DNA of 64,000 bases from Vicugna vicugna (Eukaryota). The stretch covers positions 3,796,081-3,860,080 of the forward strand of contig MU058718.1 in NCBI GenBank assembly GCA_013265495.1, written 5' to 3'. The stretch's first letter is position 1. Each line of letters begins with the position of its first letter. The position numbers were made by a program, and so were the translations under genes. The notes beneath the pieces are model-generated. The model searched no databases. It saw nothing but the letters and a program-made list of their open reading frames with translations, and was not told the origin of the DNA. Shown in pieces: positions 62,780 through 64,000 of the stretch.

Positions 62780-64000
62780 GTACTGTTAATTTGACTCTAC
62801 GTTTTAAAACTGACTTTGACATTAATGATTGTTGTTTGACATTTCTAGTTAAGGGCTATAAACAGCTAGATTTATCGTTTTACGTTCTTCTGTTCTGCTT
62901 CTAGACTATTCCATAAAAGAAACCTTAATTTTGTATTTTGTTGGTTATTCAGTTAAATTGCAGGAGCCTGAACTGAGAAGTCCAAGAGTACATGAACAAT
63001 CCAGATTTTACTTTTCAGATGTAGTCTCTAGGAAAGTATTTAATCTACAAATGGAAGTGCCTAAAGTTCCTTGTAAATTAGAATTGAATGCAAAGGGTGA
63101 CTCTCACATAAAGCAAATTATATATATATATCTTAATAATAATGAAACTTGCTAACTAAGGAAACAATTTAGTTGTTGCTATAGTATTTTTGTGTTAAAA
63201 TACATAATTTTAAGAATTTGGAGTATTTTATGTAGCATTATGTTAATTTAGCAGTTTTCTGAATTGAATTTGATTTTCCCTTATAATACTATTTAGGGAT
63301 AGTTTTCATTTCGCCTCTGCAGTTTAGCTTCCAGTTTGTTTTGTTGTTGACAATTTCATGAGACTACCGATAGATCCTTATAAAATAATTTTTCTTTGTT
63401 TAAGTGGTAAATGCAACTGTACATTCTATAATTTGTTAAGAATTACGTGAAATATTTTTGAACATTCCTAAACTGAAATCTTTATATTAAATGCCTTATC
63501 AAATTTCAGTCATGCAGTTTACAAATGCAACCATGGTATATGTGAAAACAAATGCTATTCCAGTTTAAATAATATTTGTAGCTTGTAGGGGTGAAATTTT
63601 TAAACTGTCAGTCAATACAACACTGGTTAAATAAACTACACTGCATTTGCAATATGAAATACTATGCGTATTCAAAAAGATGAAGTAGCTCCATTTATAC
63701 CGACCTGGATATATATCTCCCCAAAGCCTCTTTTTAAGTGGAAAAAGTGAATCATGAAAAAATATGTATGAACTAATTGATCACACTTAGACTTTTTAAA
63801 ATTATACTTTTGAAAGCACAAATATGAATGTAAATGTGTAACAAAATGAAAGAACACATACCAGACTGGTAAGTCATTACATCTAGGGGAGAAGAAGTGA
63901 GACTCAGGTAAAAGTTTGAATTATAATGAAGATATATTGATGTATTCTTTAATTATAAATTAATAAATGCAATAATTATTTAATTTTGTCATAACAAATA

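Overview
Mammalian genomic DNA: AT-rich, dense in L1/L2 repeats, with two CpG islands. The young L1 3' ends and the lack of recognisable Alu/B1/Bov-A/PRE1/CAN SINEs suggest a camelid-like artiodactyl (inference). The window holds the head-to-head 5' ends of two known genes. ATL1 (atlastin-1) lies on the minus strand, with its first coding exon at 519-552 encoding MAKNRRDRNSWG; the rest of the gene runs off the left edge. MAP4K5 lies on the plus strand, with a non-coding exon ending at 14668 and four coding exons (14985-15092, 36581-36638, 62171-62261, 62715-62779) that splice in frame into the N-terminal part of a STE20/GCK-family kinase domain. Most of the rest is transposon debris: a decayed ERV-L-like provirus between the genes, many L1s (some nested, with target-site duplications), L2/MIR fragments and a Tigger DNA transposon. 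Almost all ORFs in the supplied track are spurious or L1-derived. I found no convincing new biological system. The most interesting features are splice signals suggesting that the two CpG islands drive reciprocally overlapping ATL1/MAP4K5 transcripts, a uORF and AUG-pairing inverted repeat in the MAP4K5 leader, a 45-bp intronic minisatellite and several unusual L1 integration structures. Repeat subfamily names come from recalled consensus sequences and repeat boundaries are approximate.
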